The translations under genes and the position numbers were made by a program. DNA of 63,736 nt, the filler included, from Phoronis australis (lineage: Eukaryota; Animalia; Phoronida): assembly GCA_002633005.1 (NCBI GenBank). It is 10 parts of 10 records of this genome, joined end to end, with 100 filler letters (N's around TTAATTAATTAA, not from the genome) between each part and the next. Parts side by side here need not be neighbours in the genome. Positions count along the whole stretch, not along the records: positions 3,566 to 35,489 come from NMRA01001212.1; 9 more parts are not named here. The stretch is one strand, 5' to 3'. Position 1 is the first letter of the stretch, and each line of letters begins with the position of its first letter. Below, piece by piece: positions 23,094 to 33,489 of the stretch. The notes under the pieces were generated by a model. That model saw nothing but the letters and a program-made list of their open reading frames with translations, was not told the DNA's origin and did no database searches.

Positions 23094-24474
23094 GGCCCGG
23101 GTCTCCAATCTCCGTACTCAGACTCGAATTATGCTCAAACTCACACTTCATACTCAACTCGAGTACAGACTCAGCTTTGGTGTATTCAATGTCATACTCG
23201 AAAAATCTTTACTCGAAATTTCGAGCACGTACTCAGTTTTCGAGTGTACTCGAACTGAAGTGTATCTCATCTATATTTCGAGTACAATTTTGCGGAGTAA
23301 AAATTCGGAGTCTATGCTCAAATTTCAAGTTTGGTATGGCAGTGTGCTTGAAATCGTACTCGAAAATAAATACGAGTCAGAGAACAAAATATCGAAAGGG
23401 AACCAAGAAACACAGCAAATCTAAAAAATAAGTCCTCTTCCCGTATCTCATCACTTCAATTTCAGTTCAGAGATAATAGTTTTCATCTTAAATCTTCTTA
23501 TTCTTCACCTTATTAACCCGCCGTATCACTGTATTTTATGGCCGCCCGTACCTCTACAATTCCTGGCAACAGGCGCATTGTAATCCCTTGTCGGCGAGTC
23601 ATAACAAGCGTCGAAAGCAGTTGTGGGAAAAGTCGTGTGAGAAGTTTGTGAATTCCTTGTTTCGATATGTGTGCCCACGTTTTGTAGGGTTTCCAAAAGA
23701 CGAGGTGGGGAGGGAAGTTAAAAAAGTTTGCTTCCCTGTCAGGCACATTTCTCATCATAACTTAGTCATGTATAATTACTCAATCCCCAAATGGAATTCC
23801 AGATTTTGTTTGCCGATTTCTAAGTAGACGTCTCGTCCCGTTCACTGCCACTGGTGAACGCTGAATGCCTGCACAAGTATTGTTTTTTAAATCACGTGCC
23901 AAATGTCATCTCACTTGATACATCCCGGTAAAATACAAAGATACAGTATCAAAGTTTGACATCAGCGTACATGTAGGCCTACACAGCAATGGGATTTATG
24001 TCAAGACTAAATCAGCAACAGAGATGTGATAAGCTGTTACATATTTCTTAAGACATTTTCGGGACTGGGTGAGGAACTCAAGAAGTAAAGCTTAATAATT
24101 GCCAAATGTATCAGAGAAATGGCATAAGAATATTTATTGAAACTAAAAAATGAATAACAGTTACAGAATTCCACGTTATAGACATACTCTTGTAGTTGTA
24201 GCGACAGCAGACGATAATGTAGGCCTAGTTATTGGAGTGGTCTATTCCAATAGGGAGCGATGAATCAGCGCGGCTTAGCGTGATTTTGCATTTCACATCA
24301 TAAAGAGTTCCATAGCAACTCGAGTATGATTGTCAGATTTGAGTACGTTTGGAGTCTACTTGAAATACGACATTAGATACGCTTTTTTTTGAGTACGACT
24401 CCAGTGAGCACGATTTTGAGTATGAAATCTCGAGTATGAGTATGAGTCTGAGTACGGAGATTGGAGACCGGGCC
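23094..24474. mobile_element. PIF/Harbinger-type non-autonomous element
   Basis: TIR GGCCCGG(G)TCTCCAATCTCCGTACTCAGACTC...GAGTCTGAGTACGGAGATTGGAGACCGGGCC with 3-bp TSD CAG on both sides. Confidence 0.85.
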
Positions 24475-24696
24475 CAGGTCTAACGTAGGATGTAGTTCAT
24501 TGTAAATCGGCACGCTTAGATGACGTTATTCGCGACATTGAACGTGTTCTGGTCACTCATATTCCACCGTGTAAATTGTTCATAGAATATGATATCTTTT
24601 ATTTTAACTACCTAGTCTGCAAACATTAAGGTGTTTCGCTATTTTTGTGTCAGCTTGATGTTTGTTTTATATGAAAGAGTGCATAAATTTTTACAG

Positions 24697-24774
24697 ACCT
24701 GTCACTCTCACCTGGAGAAGTGATGACTGTCTCCTCTCCGAAGAGAAAGATCTCTTGGAAACCGGATATTGGAG
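24697..24774 (+). CDS. SRCR/CUB receptor exon (CUB middle)
   Basis: DLSLSPGEVMTVSSPKRKISWKPDIG; phase 1/1, continues KFT-DLSL as expected for CUB. Confidence 0.65.
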
Positions 24775-24927
24775 GTTGGTCGTCTCATGTTCAAGCACTA
24801 GTCTCGTGAATGCGTTCAAGCACTAAGTTTTGGCCGAGGTCAACCCAAGAAATTCCAGCCGTTATAAATCCACATCCTGTCACAGAAATCAAATAACTTT
24901 TGTTTCAAATAGCATACCGCATCAAAA

Positions 24928-25081
24928 CTGGGTAAAGTTCAGTAACGCTAGGACCTACGCTAGGACCTACGCTAGGACTTCGTAAAAATCTAGCCAAAAG
25001 CACGTGTTCGCATTTAAAATACACGACAGTATCTCACGTTATGTCTAGAAATCTTGCTCTTTAGCGTTACTCAACTCAGAA
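24928..25081. mobile_element. ~150-bp palindromic MITE; copies ~35291-35432, 54904-55066, 55465-55590, 60015-60136
   Basis: Shared CTGGGTARAGTTCAGTAACGCTAGGAC...GCGTTACTGAACTSTACCC termini. Confidence 0.7.
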
Positions 25082-25139
25082 CTGGCCTCATCTTGTTCCG
25101 TACATCTACGGGCTTGGAATGAACAATTCTTTATTCCAG

Positions 25140-25270
25140 GTTACCTAGGTCGATGCATGATAACCTGCCGTGATTGGTTCAGACAGGTCTCAAGCACCAA
25201 TGGCTTGAGAGTTCTTTTCAAGTTCATAAATCACTCTACTCGTTGTAAGGAACAAGACCAGTACAGTTTT
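25140..25270 (+). CDS. SRCR/CUB receptor exon (CUB C-terminal part)
   Basis: GYLGRCMITCRDWFRQVSSTNGLRVLFKF...YSF|gtaaga; the SS-x-N-x-LRV-x-F CUB motif is present. Confidence 0.7.
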
Positions 25271-25504
25271 GTAAGACTAAGTGGTCCTAATCAGAAGTAT
25301 ACTTGTAGCTTTAAGCCAGTCACCAAAAACAATCGTTGCAATCGTTGTTAATTAAGTCTGCTAGTTCGAAAAACAATGATACAAGTTGGTAGAACATCCG
25401 GGAAATCGCGTGTAAGCACGAAGTTGCGGACTTGTGTGTCAATTTAGATTTTCTTAGATACATGCACATCATAACTACCTAGTCAAAGGGTATCTTTTGT
25501 TCAG

Positions 25505-25625
25505 AAGCATTGTGTCTCTGCAGAGCAGATACTGGAGGGTCACGCACTTCCACAGCTATTTAATATTGTAGTAAATTCATCGGGCTCGGAAGTGAGAGAC
25601 CAGGGAAACAGTCTTACAGGAACAG
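25505..25625 (+). CDS. SRCR/CUB receptor exon
   Basis: KHCVSAEQILEG...SLTGT|gtaatg; phase 0/1 links the neighbouring exons in frame. Confidence 0.55.
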
Positions 25626-26980
25626 GTAATGTTCTTTTATATATCCCATATATTCTTAGGCTATGGTTTAGACTAATTAAATTCAACGGCTGGTTTCAGA
25701 ACAGTTTATAATATTGCAGTACCAGTATAACAAAAGCGACAATTTATTATGCCATAGGTTCGAGTAATGTTGGTTTAAAACGAGATTATTGAAGTGTCTG
25801 TTCTAAGGGAGCGCCGCCAATTTCTACTGGGGTTGTCCCGACAATCCGCACATCACGTGACTTGCTGCTTCTCTTCTACTCTGTCGAAAGTTTTTGAACA
25901 AAATTAATAGCCGTGAGTCATTTGATTTATGAACCGGTACACAAGACTACAGAAACTTTGCTCTCCCTCATACGATTGCCAATTAACTGCCCTGATAATG
26001 AAGCCAGGCTAACTCAAAAAGGTAATGAACGCAAAATTAACGGTTTTCAAACCAAAATCACCACCTCCCCGCCAATGCTTTACACGAGCCAGCACCATAT
26101 TTTGATATCAGTTTATGAAAGGTCTCTCAAGTGTGAACCAAATGTGCTACCATTATATTTTGCAGTGTTGGATGTCGCGACAGATTCTTAAGTCGCAGCA
26201 CTGCAGGACAACGATGCTACAGCGAGTCACCATTTTGAAGAAAAATTAATTTACTGCCAAAATAACAGAACTGATCATTCCCAAACACGAGCAAACTAGA
26301 TTCGTTAACCACCCTGCAATGCATACATCAAAACTACAGCCAAGCCTGTTCTATCTGTTCTAAAAATTTAATTTGCATCTGTTACACTCTTACTGTACAA
26401 TGTAAAAAGTGCTCACGATTACAGTCTGACTGCGCAGTACCACCAGATCGAGATCAACCGTTACTGTACTTCATGCAAATGTGCTGTGACGACATGGGAT
26501 GTTGTGTTTCCTCTCGCTATCTCGTTCTTGACTGGCGACGTACATACGAAACCTGCATCTCTTAATTGTTTCCTGAATAGTTTGCCAAACCCTTTATACA
26601 GCATTTATTACTCTGGGATTGAGTACAATCATGAATGTGTTGTTTAATAGTTTGGGTGGTGTGAAGAGTCAGTGCTATAGAAAATGGGTTTTTAAAAACC
26701 GTGAGAGATGGATAGACTGAATGGTGAAGAATGATTCAATGTTCATCTCTTCGTCCTTCGGTACAGCCTTTCTGGAGCGTTAGCCATCAACGTGAATTCT
26801 ATGACAGCCGTGTTGCAGCTTTCAAGTACGGCGAAGCAGACATCAAATTTCAACATTGCGCTAACGTGCTCGAGATTCCCTATCTCGGTCTCGATCTCGG
26901 AACATCATAGGACAATTGATCTATTGTCAAATACTTTCGTCAACAAGTATATGTCCTGCAATGCCAGGTTGGTCTTTCAG

Positions 26981-27088
26981 GTTTCGCATTCATCAGAACC
27001 AAAGGTAACAAAGCACGCGTTCGGTTTGTGTCCCAAGGAGGTGGCGATCATCAAGGAGGGAAATTCAGAGCCATCTTCTACGTCAGAG
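26981..27088 (+). CDS. SRCR/CUB receptor exon (CUB-like C-terminus)
   Basis: GFAFIRTKGNKARVRFVSQGGGDHQGGKFRAIFYVR matches the CUB end motif GN-x-x-RVRFVS...G-x-FRA-x-F. Confidence 0.7.
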
Positions 27089-27210
27089 GTATTGAAATTG
27101 AGATTGTTTGTTGAAGTTATTGTCATCTGTCAACCTGTAACATTGAACCCAAGCGATTTTCTTGCCTATGACTATGTCCATCACTTTCACTAATTAATTT
27201 TCCTTTTCAG

Positions 27211-27243
27211 AATTACCAGGGTTAAACTGCCGGCCTCCTATAG
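27211..27243 (+). CDS. SRCR/CUB receptor micro-exon
   Basis: Strong polypyrimidine acceptor and gtaat donor; ELPGLNCRPPI, phase 1/1. Confidence 0.6.
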
Positions 27244-27599
27244 GTAATAATAATAGTAATAATACTACTAATGACAACGATAATACTGACATTGATAGTA
27301 AAAATGTTTAACAATAATAATATCGTTGCAATTACAATACAAATATTGACAATGATACTGATAACAGTTTAGAAACGAAAGGTTCTACGCATGGCTATTG
27401 AAAACTTTGAACTGTCCATTTCCGCACTAAACGCACGTGAAATATACCGACTGCACTTCGAAGCACGGCACGTCATCATTTAATTTATGACATCACTCTG
27501 CGCCGTAGTGACTAAGGGAAAACGTCCCTATTGGGTTGAATACGTGTCACGGTGTGTCATCTTTTGCATTTCTTGCAGCGTTTTAACTGTTTCTTTCAG

Positions 27600-27759
27600 A
27601 CAAACGTGTCCAGAGAGCACAATCACTTAACTTGTTGGACTTTAAGTCAGGTGGACAACTGGAATTGGTACTCATCTGCATTGCACTCGTTGTATCACCA
27701 CTTCCTATTGCATGCCTCGGGTCTTTCATTAAAGACTGCAGTGATCGAAGAATGATACG
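27600..27759 (+). CDS. SRCR/CUB receptor transmembrane exon
   Basis: Hydrophobic LVLICIALVVSPLPIACLGSFI followed by basic KDCSDRRMIR; phase 1/2. Confidence 0.72.
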
Positions 27760-28379
27760 GTTAGCGGCTTTTTTCGTCAACGGGAACAATATAAAATTCA
27801 TGAGTATAAAAATCTTTCAAATTTGACATTGTGTTGAAGATATACGTCGTAGGCACATTACACTGAAAGATTTTCAAGCTCTTTGGATGGTTTGATAAAT
27901 GTGCATACTCGGCTTGCATAGAATCATTAAACTCATTCGCACGACTGGTCTTACATGTACACTTGTAAAATTTAATGAAACACGGATAGTGATGTGTTGC
28001 ATGCGTTGACACAGGACACTCGCGAAAAAAAAACAATATCAAGCAAGGTCGCAGAAAATCACGTGAGTAAAAGTCGAGTGTTTCGTGAGAGAGCTGGGGA
28101 CCCAGCAGTAGCGTAAACAAACATAATGTTGGACGCTGAAACAATTAGCTGACGATGTTCGAATGTTGGCGTATGGGATACAATTCTTAACCGCTGACGT
28201 AGCAAAGGGTATCAAAATTGACATTGATAAATACATGTAAGTGAAATAAAACGTTGTTTTAGGTAAATTGAACAGGTGGCGAAAATGTAGTGAGCTCACA
28301 GATTTACCTTAGCGGATTTCAAAAGAAAATTCCTGACAGAGAAGAGATTTTGGTGAAGCATTTTGCCCTTTTGTTTCAG

Positions 28380-28482
28380 AGAGAGCGAACAAAGACGGCG
28401 AATGTCCTCAGTTGACGTGTGGCTGACGGAATTGAGCGAAGCCGTGAGCACAGACCTAGACCGATTGGCTGCTTGCGTGTAA
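28380..28482 (+). CDS. SRCR/CUB receptor last exon (cytoplasmic tail)
   Basis: Phase 2 acceptor; RESEQRRRMSSVDVWLTELSEAVSTDLDRLAACV*. Confidence 0.68.
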
Positions 28483-30165
28483 GGTTGCACTCCTGTTAAT
28501 TTCGCGCATACGGAATTATTGCTATTATTCATCTTCATTATGATCAGTGATGGCCAGACCTTAATTGGGTAGCACGGACTGACACTGAATTGAAAATATT
28601 TACCTTTAAATGGGAAACCTGGACATGGAAAAGGGAAGCTCGTTCGGGAAGGATGAAATGGTGAAAATTGCCTCATTAGTGCGAGATCGTGCAATTTTGA
28701 AGAGTACATGGTAACCACTGTTCCAGAAAGTGTGTTGAATGGTGGTCAAAGCATGCTTTTTAGAGTTGTTTTTATTTATTTTACACGGCGTAATTCAAAC
28801 TTAATTTTTAACATTTCGTGCGGTCGTTTCTCATAACTTCAGCGTTTGACATGCAGAATTAGACGTATAGCACTGAACGAGTGACGCAATCCAATTGCGC
28901 TAAGGGAAAAATGCAAAATCACGCGTTTTATCTATCCCACTTGCGATCTTTCCATTCTCAGATCCGTGTTTTTCACTTTTTGGCCATTCCTTACCGGCTT
29001 GCTTCATATTCAAAGGGCCCTCCTTCGTATTCTTGATTCAATCCTGCTAATGTCTTCGTATGTCCTGAATGACTTAAGTAGTAATGTCTACACTTTTCAG
29101 ATCTGCTGCCGAACGCATTACACCTCGAACAATGTCACCAACTGGTTACGGCAAAAACTCCGCTCTGTCCCAGACGCTGTAAGTTTGGGTTATTCAAATA
29201 AGGCCAGCGTAGATGTACATGCAGGGTTGATTTTGTCCCCATGGACAAAAAGAAATCATGAAAATGACCCCGGTCGTTTTTTCACAGGGTCTATAAATTG
29301 ATGTTGTATTTTCAACCAGAGTGTTGGAAATCAGCTAGTTGACGTGTCACAAAGGAGGTCAATTTGAGGGCTGTTGGCCTGGAAATTTGGTAACGACCTG
29401 CGACGGAAGATGCGCCGCAAATTGAGGGTTACACGATTAGCCAACGAAACCCACGATTAGCCACAACAACATAACTGCCAACATTAATTTTCGTGTCAAT
29501 TTTTCGATTTTTGTTTTGTCTAAGGGTTGGCTGGATCCCCTGCCCCCGTCCCCTAAATATGTCACGAGAGTACACTGTACATGTTTACCGATCTCGCAAG
29601 ACCTCGCTAAACCATATGAGTGACTGAAAGGCGAGTGCTGCGCCAGCCTTGCTCTAACCTCTAGCGCTCTTCGTGCAATCCGGTGATTCCGTTGAATTTC
29701 CTTCCTTAATTGGACGGTCACGTGAGTTGAGCCCCTGGACGGTGTCGCTGATTGCTGGACCGGTTTACTACGAGCTAACACAAGCAGCTGCGCAGGAGAA
29801 AAAAGCAATGTGTACCTGTTACAATGCGAACATTAACAAGGCAGTTAACGTTATTGTGATGAGGGGAAACTCAGTGCCCTTGTGGGGTGGAGGCAGCCGT
29901 CGTTGCTAAGTTTTTGAAATTATTTTTATGGCCAATCAGAAAAGACCAGAGGCGTCTAGTGTCACTAGACTTATGTGTCAGGAGTACCGGGAATTAATAA
30001 TATTATAGGTTCGTGTGCGGATATTCTTAAGCGGTCTTCCAAAAACGTCAAATGAATCCAAATATACATGTGCGCCCGGGCGTACATGTATGTTTTCGGA
30101 AACTGTATAAAACATTTCACGATGCAGGTTTTGTTAAACAAACATCAGTGAGTTAAAATTTTCCT

Positions 30166-30639
30166 TCATACTGTGCTAACAGAACAATTCGTCAGACTTT
30201 CAAAACATGCAATTAATTTTACTAACACTTTGGTAATTTTTCCGAAAATACACCCATGGTCGGACTTTTTGGTGGGCCTCGTTTCGAAAATTCCATGTAT
30301 GTCCGGTAGCTTACTAGCCCGTCGCAGCTCGTTGACATCTACTGGAATATATAGTGACATTGTGACCTTGAGATTATAAATCATGGAATAGAATTCATGA
30401 ATTGTGGGTTTGACATCATTGGTTCCGTTCCATAAGTGAAGGTCCTTGTTGCAAGTGAAGGCTAAGTTCATGTGATCTACGGAAATCAACGCGATTTTTT
30501 CAGTCCTAGTCGGCTCGACCGCTGTCTTGCAAATCAGCTGATCACCCTGATACACAATCCATTCTGTAATCTTCGCCTCTGAATGTGAGTCAAGTCGTTC
30601 CTTGTCTTCGTAGATTCGCAAAAAATGGTAAACTATTAA
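30166..30639 (-). CDS. Possible terminal exon of an unidentified gene
   Basis: 157 open codons with globular-protein-like composition after a ctag acceptor, in AT-rich DNA. No family recognised. Confidence 0.35.
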   Translation of the reverse strand, partial: LIVYHFLRIYEDKERLDSHSEAKITEWIVYQGDQLICKTAVEPTRTEKIALISVDHMNLAFTCNKDLHLWNGTNDVKPTIHEFYSMIYNLKVTMSLYIPVDVNELRRASKLPDIHGIFETRPTKKSDHGCIFGKITKVLVKLIACFESLTNCSVSTV

Positions 30640-30650
30640 CTAGGACCCCC

Positions 30651-32441
30651 TTTTTATTATGCGCCCACAAATTTATGTAACAGAGCAAGTCTCCACTGAG
30701 CATCAAAAATGTGTATTTCACCTCATCAGGCATACGTACAGTTCAGTTACACATGATAACGATCAATTTCATGAAGGCAAAGGAAGGAAACACCTTTCTC
30801 CTACGCCTGTCGCTAGCGAAGTCCCCGACACGTACAGTCGCGCCCGCATGCCCACGTAACAAAGGCGCACTGAGACGCAACAAAGATATTAGCATAAGAA
30901 TAACTGAACATTTGCAACTAAATAAGAATAACAATAAGCGTAAAGTTACGAACGTTCCGTTACATTTATATGTGGGTGCATATTACCGTCATCTCTGTCT
31001 GGGCGTCCGGGCGGCCGGCGTCCGCGGCTGTATCCGGTGTGTTCCTATGGGGTTGACGAAAGCGGGCAACGAGTTTCGGGCCGACCCGAATATTGCTGTG
31101 CCCCCTGGTGGCAATTTTAGTTTTTTTACGTTTGCGTCTGTATCTTGAAAGGTCCTCAACTGATTTTCATGAAATTTGGCACATAGGCATCTATAAATGA
31201 GGTGACGCTATCCTTTCGTTTTTGGATGGATTCGAGGTATTTTGCGCCACGTATTAGCCATTTTTACTGTTTTCGAGTCTGTTTTTTGGCGTCCATGATC
31301 CCTCCATCGACCAATCCGCTCAAAGGATGATTGCAAAAATTGTCATGTATGTTCTTTCTATGAAGTGGACGGCTGACGATGGTTTTCCGACGACTTCAAC
31401 TACTGTGGCGCCTCCTAGTGTCAATTTTGTTTTTTGCGCCTATGGCTGTATCTCCTATACCGTTTGCAGGATCTTTACTAAATTTAGTAAGTGCATTTAT
31501 ATGATTTTAATGACGCAGAGTGACGACTATCAGACAGATCTGACTACTGGTATGCCACCTAGTGGCAATTTTATTTTTTACGTTTACCTCTCTATCTTCA
31601 AAGGTCCTTAATGTATTTTCATAAAATTTGTCATACAGGCATCTGTTAATGAGGTGACGCAATCTCTCCATTTTCAGATGGATTTGACCTAGTTTGCTCC
31701 ACCTAGTGGCCATTTTTACTGTTTTCGAGTCTGTTTTTTGGCGTCCACTCGTCTATAAACCAAACCGCTTTCAGGATAATTGTGAAAATTGGCATTTATG
31801 TTTTAACTATGAAGTGGACGGCTGACGATGATTTTCCAATTTCGATTACTGTGTCGCCTCCTGGTGGCAGTTTTTTTGCGCTCATAGCTGTATTTTCGTA
31901 AACCGTTTGCAGGATCTTTACTTGATTTAGCAAGTGTATTTATATGATGTTGACAACGAACAACGACGACTTTCGGATGGATCTGACCACTCGTGTGCCC
32001 CTTAGTGGCAATTTCAGTTTTTTACGTTTCTCTCTGTATCTTCAATGGTCCAAAACAGATTTTCATAAAATTTTGACTATAGACATCTTTTGAAGAAATG
32101 ACGCTTTGCCCCTGTTTTTGGATGGTATCTAGGTATTTTGCGCCACCTAGTGGCCATTTTTGCTGTTTTCAAACCCTGGTCAACCAAATCCTTCTAGGGA
32201 CGGTTTTGAAAATTGAAATATTCTCAGTATGAAGAGGACGTTTGATGATGACGACTGACTAAAGTGGCGCATCCTAGTGGTAGCTCTGTTTTGTTTTGCA
32301 TCCAAAGCTGTATTTGGATGGATTGTACGTTTTTGCACCATCTAGTGGCCATTTTTGTGATACAAATAAATAAATAACCCTAAAAGCACACCATTTGCGA
32401 TGCATTCGTGGGTGCATTTCAACGCTCCTCGTTGCTCTTGT
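30651..32441 (+). mobile_element. Helentron-associated non-autonomous element (HINE/CvA-like) with internal ~150-bp tandem repeats
   Basis: Starts TTTT..ATGCGCCCAC with a short inverted copy GTGGGTGCAT, then a GTCC-rich microsatellite, ~150-bp monomers in ~450-bp higher-order units, and a 3' GTGGGTGCAT plus hairpin CAACG...CGTTG plus CTCTTGT. Confidence 0.7.
30676..30964. mobile_element. Solo LTR inserted in the HINE 5' end
   Basis: TGTAAC...GTTACA termini and 4-bp TSD TTTA. Removing it restores the sequence seen in the HINE copy at 40345. Confidence 0.75.
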
Positions 32442-33338
32442 ACTTGAAAGTTGTCGTTATTTCAATGACTGCACGGGTCACTTTCTAAAATGTCGTTTAT
32501 TTGCTGGGAAATTCATCTGGATTATTCTTCCACGGTATTCACCTAGAACCCGGAAAAGCCGACCCGGAGTCAAGTGCAACTTCAGCAAAGACATTTTTTC
32601 GGGGATGTCATTTGATGCGGTAAAGTTTGTCTAACTACAACATAATGATCGATTCAAATAAACTTGGAGTTTGGGGTACAATGTTCAGGTTCAGGACTTA
32701 GGCCAGTAGCCAGATCACTTAGTATAGAAGAACGAGGTATCAGCATCTGTCCACAGAAGAATATTGAATTAAACCCAGTATATACAAAAACGGAAGTCTG
32801 TCGATGTCCGCATCCATGGATGTGGCCCCTGGAAACCTTTTGAGGGGTGAATTGAGCAAGAGAGAGAAAGAGAACAATTGTGCCGCTCTGCGCCCTGAAT
32901 GACCCATGACAGATAATTTTCACACTGCGGGAAGGATCCAGGCGAAACCCAAACAAGAACCCCGACCCAAACTAAGCCAGCTCAAACACCCGAGATACAT
33001 CATTTTGGCCATTAGAATGTTGCTAGAGGCCATACCCACAATGCAGGCACGGGTAGACATGCATTTCCGTATAAACTGCCACAAGTGCCACTGTTATTAA
33101 GTGTTGGTACCTTGTTCATCTATTCTAAGTGCTCTGGGGTACTGGTGTGACAGGGTAGGATACCGAGTATATTTTCAGTTGAATCAACAACCCGCGTTCC
33201 CTCGGAGAAGCAAACTTTTGGTTTAGATCACTTATTGCTACAAAATTTAACTCACTTGTTCCATATTCAGGAGAGAAGTGAATTCTGATCTTGCACAGAA
33301 GTTGCTGTTCGTTACTTCTTCAGACCGTGCACGGTGCT

Positions 33339-33489
33339 GAGTGGCGGACTTAGGGGGGGCAAGGGACCATGACCCCCCTAAAATTCTCCCAGATTCCATT
33401 TGGCAGTTCGGGAGTGCAAATGACTGATGGGCAAAATCCTGGCTAATACTGTACCTTGCCCCCAACTCAAAATCCTGGATCCGCCTCTG
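33339..33489 (-). mobile_element. hAT-like MITE, copy of 16762-16907
   Basis: Reverse-complement match to 16762-16907. Confidence 0.7.

Noticed and set aside
26767-26946. Additional exon of the SRCR/CUB gene (ORF 26792-27193)
   Set aside because: Phases do not fit the neighbours, and 25625 splices in frame to 26981 without it. The CUB motif is in a different frame from the listed ORF.
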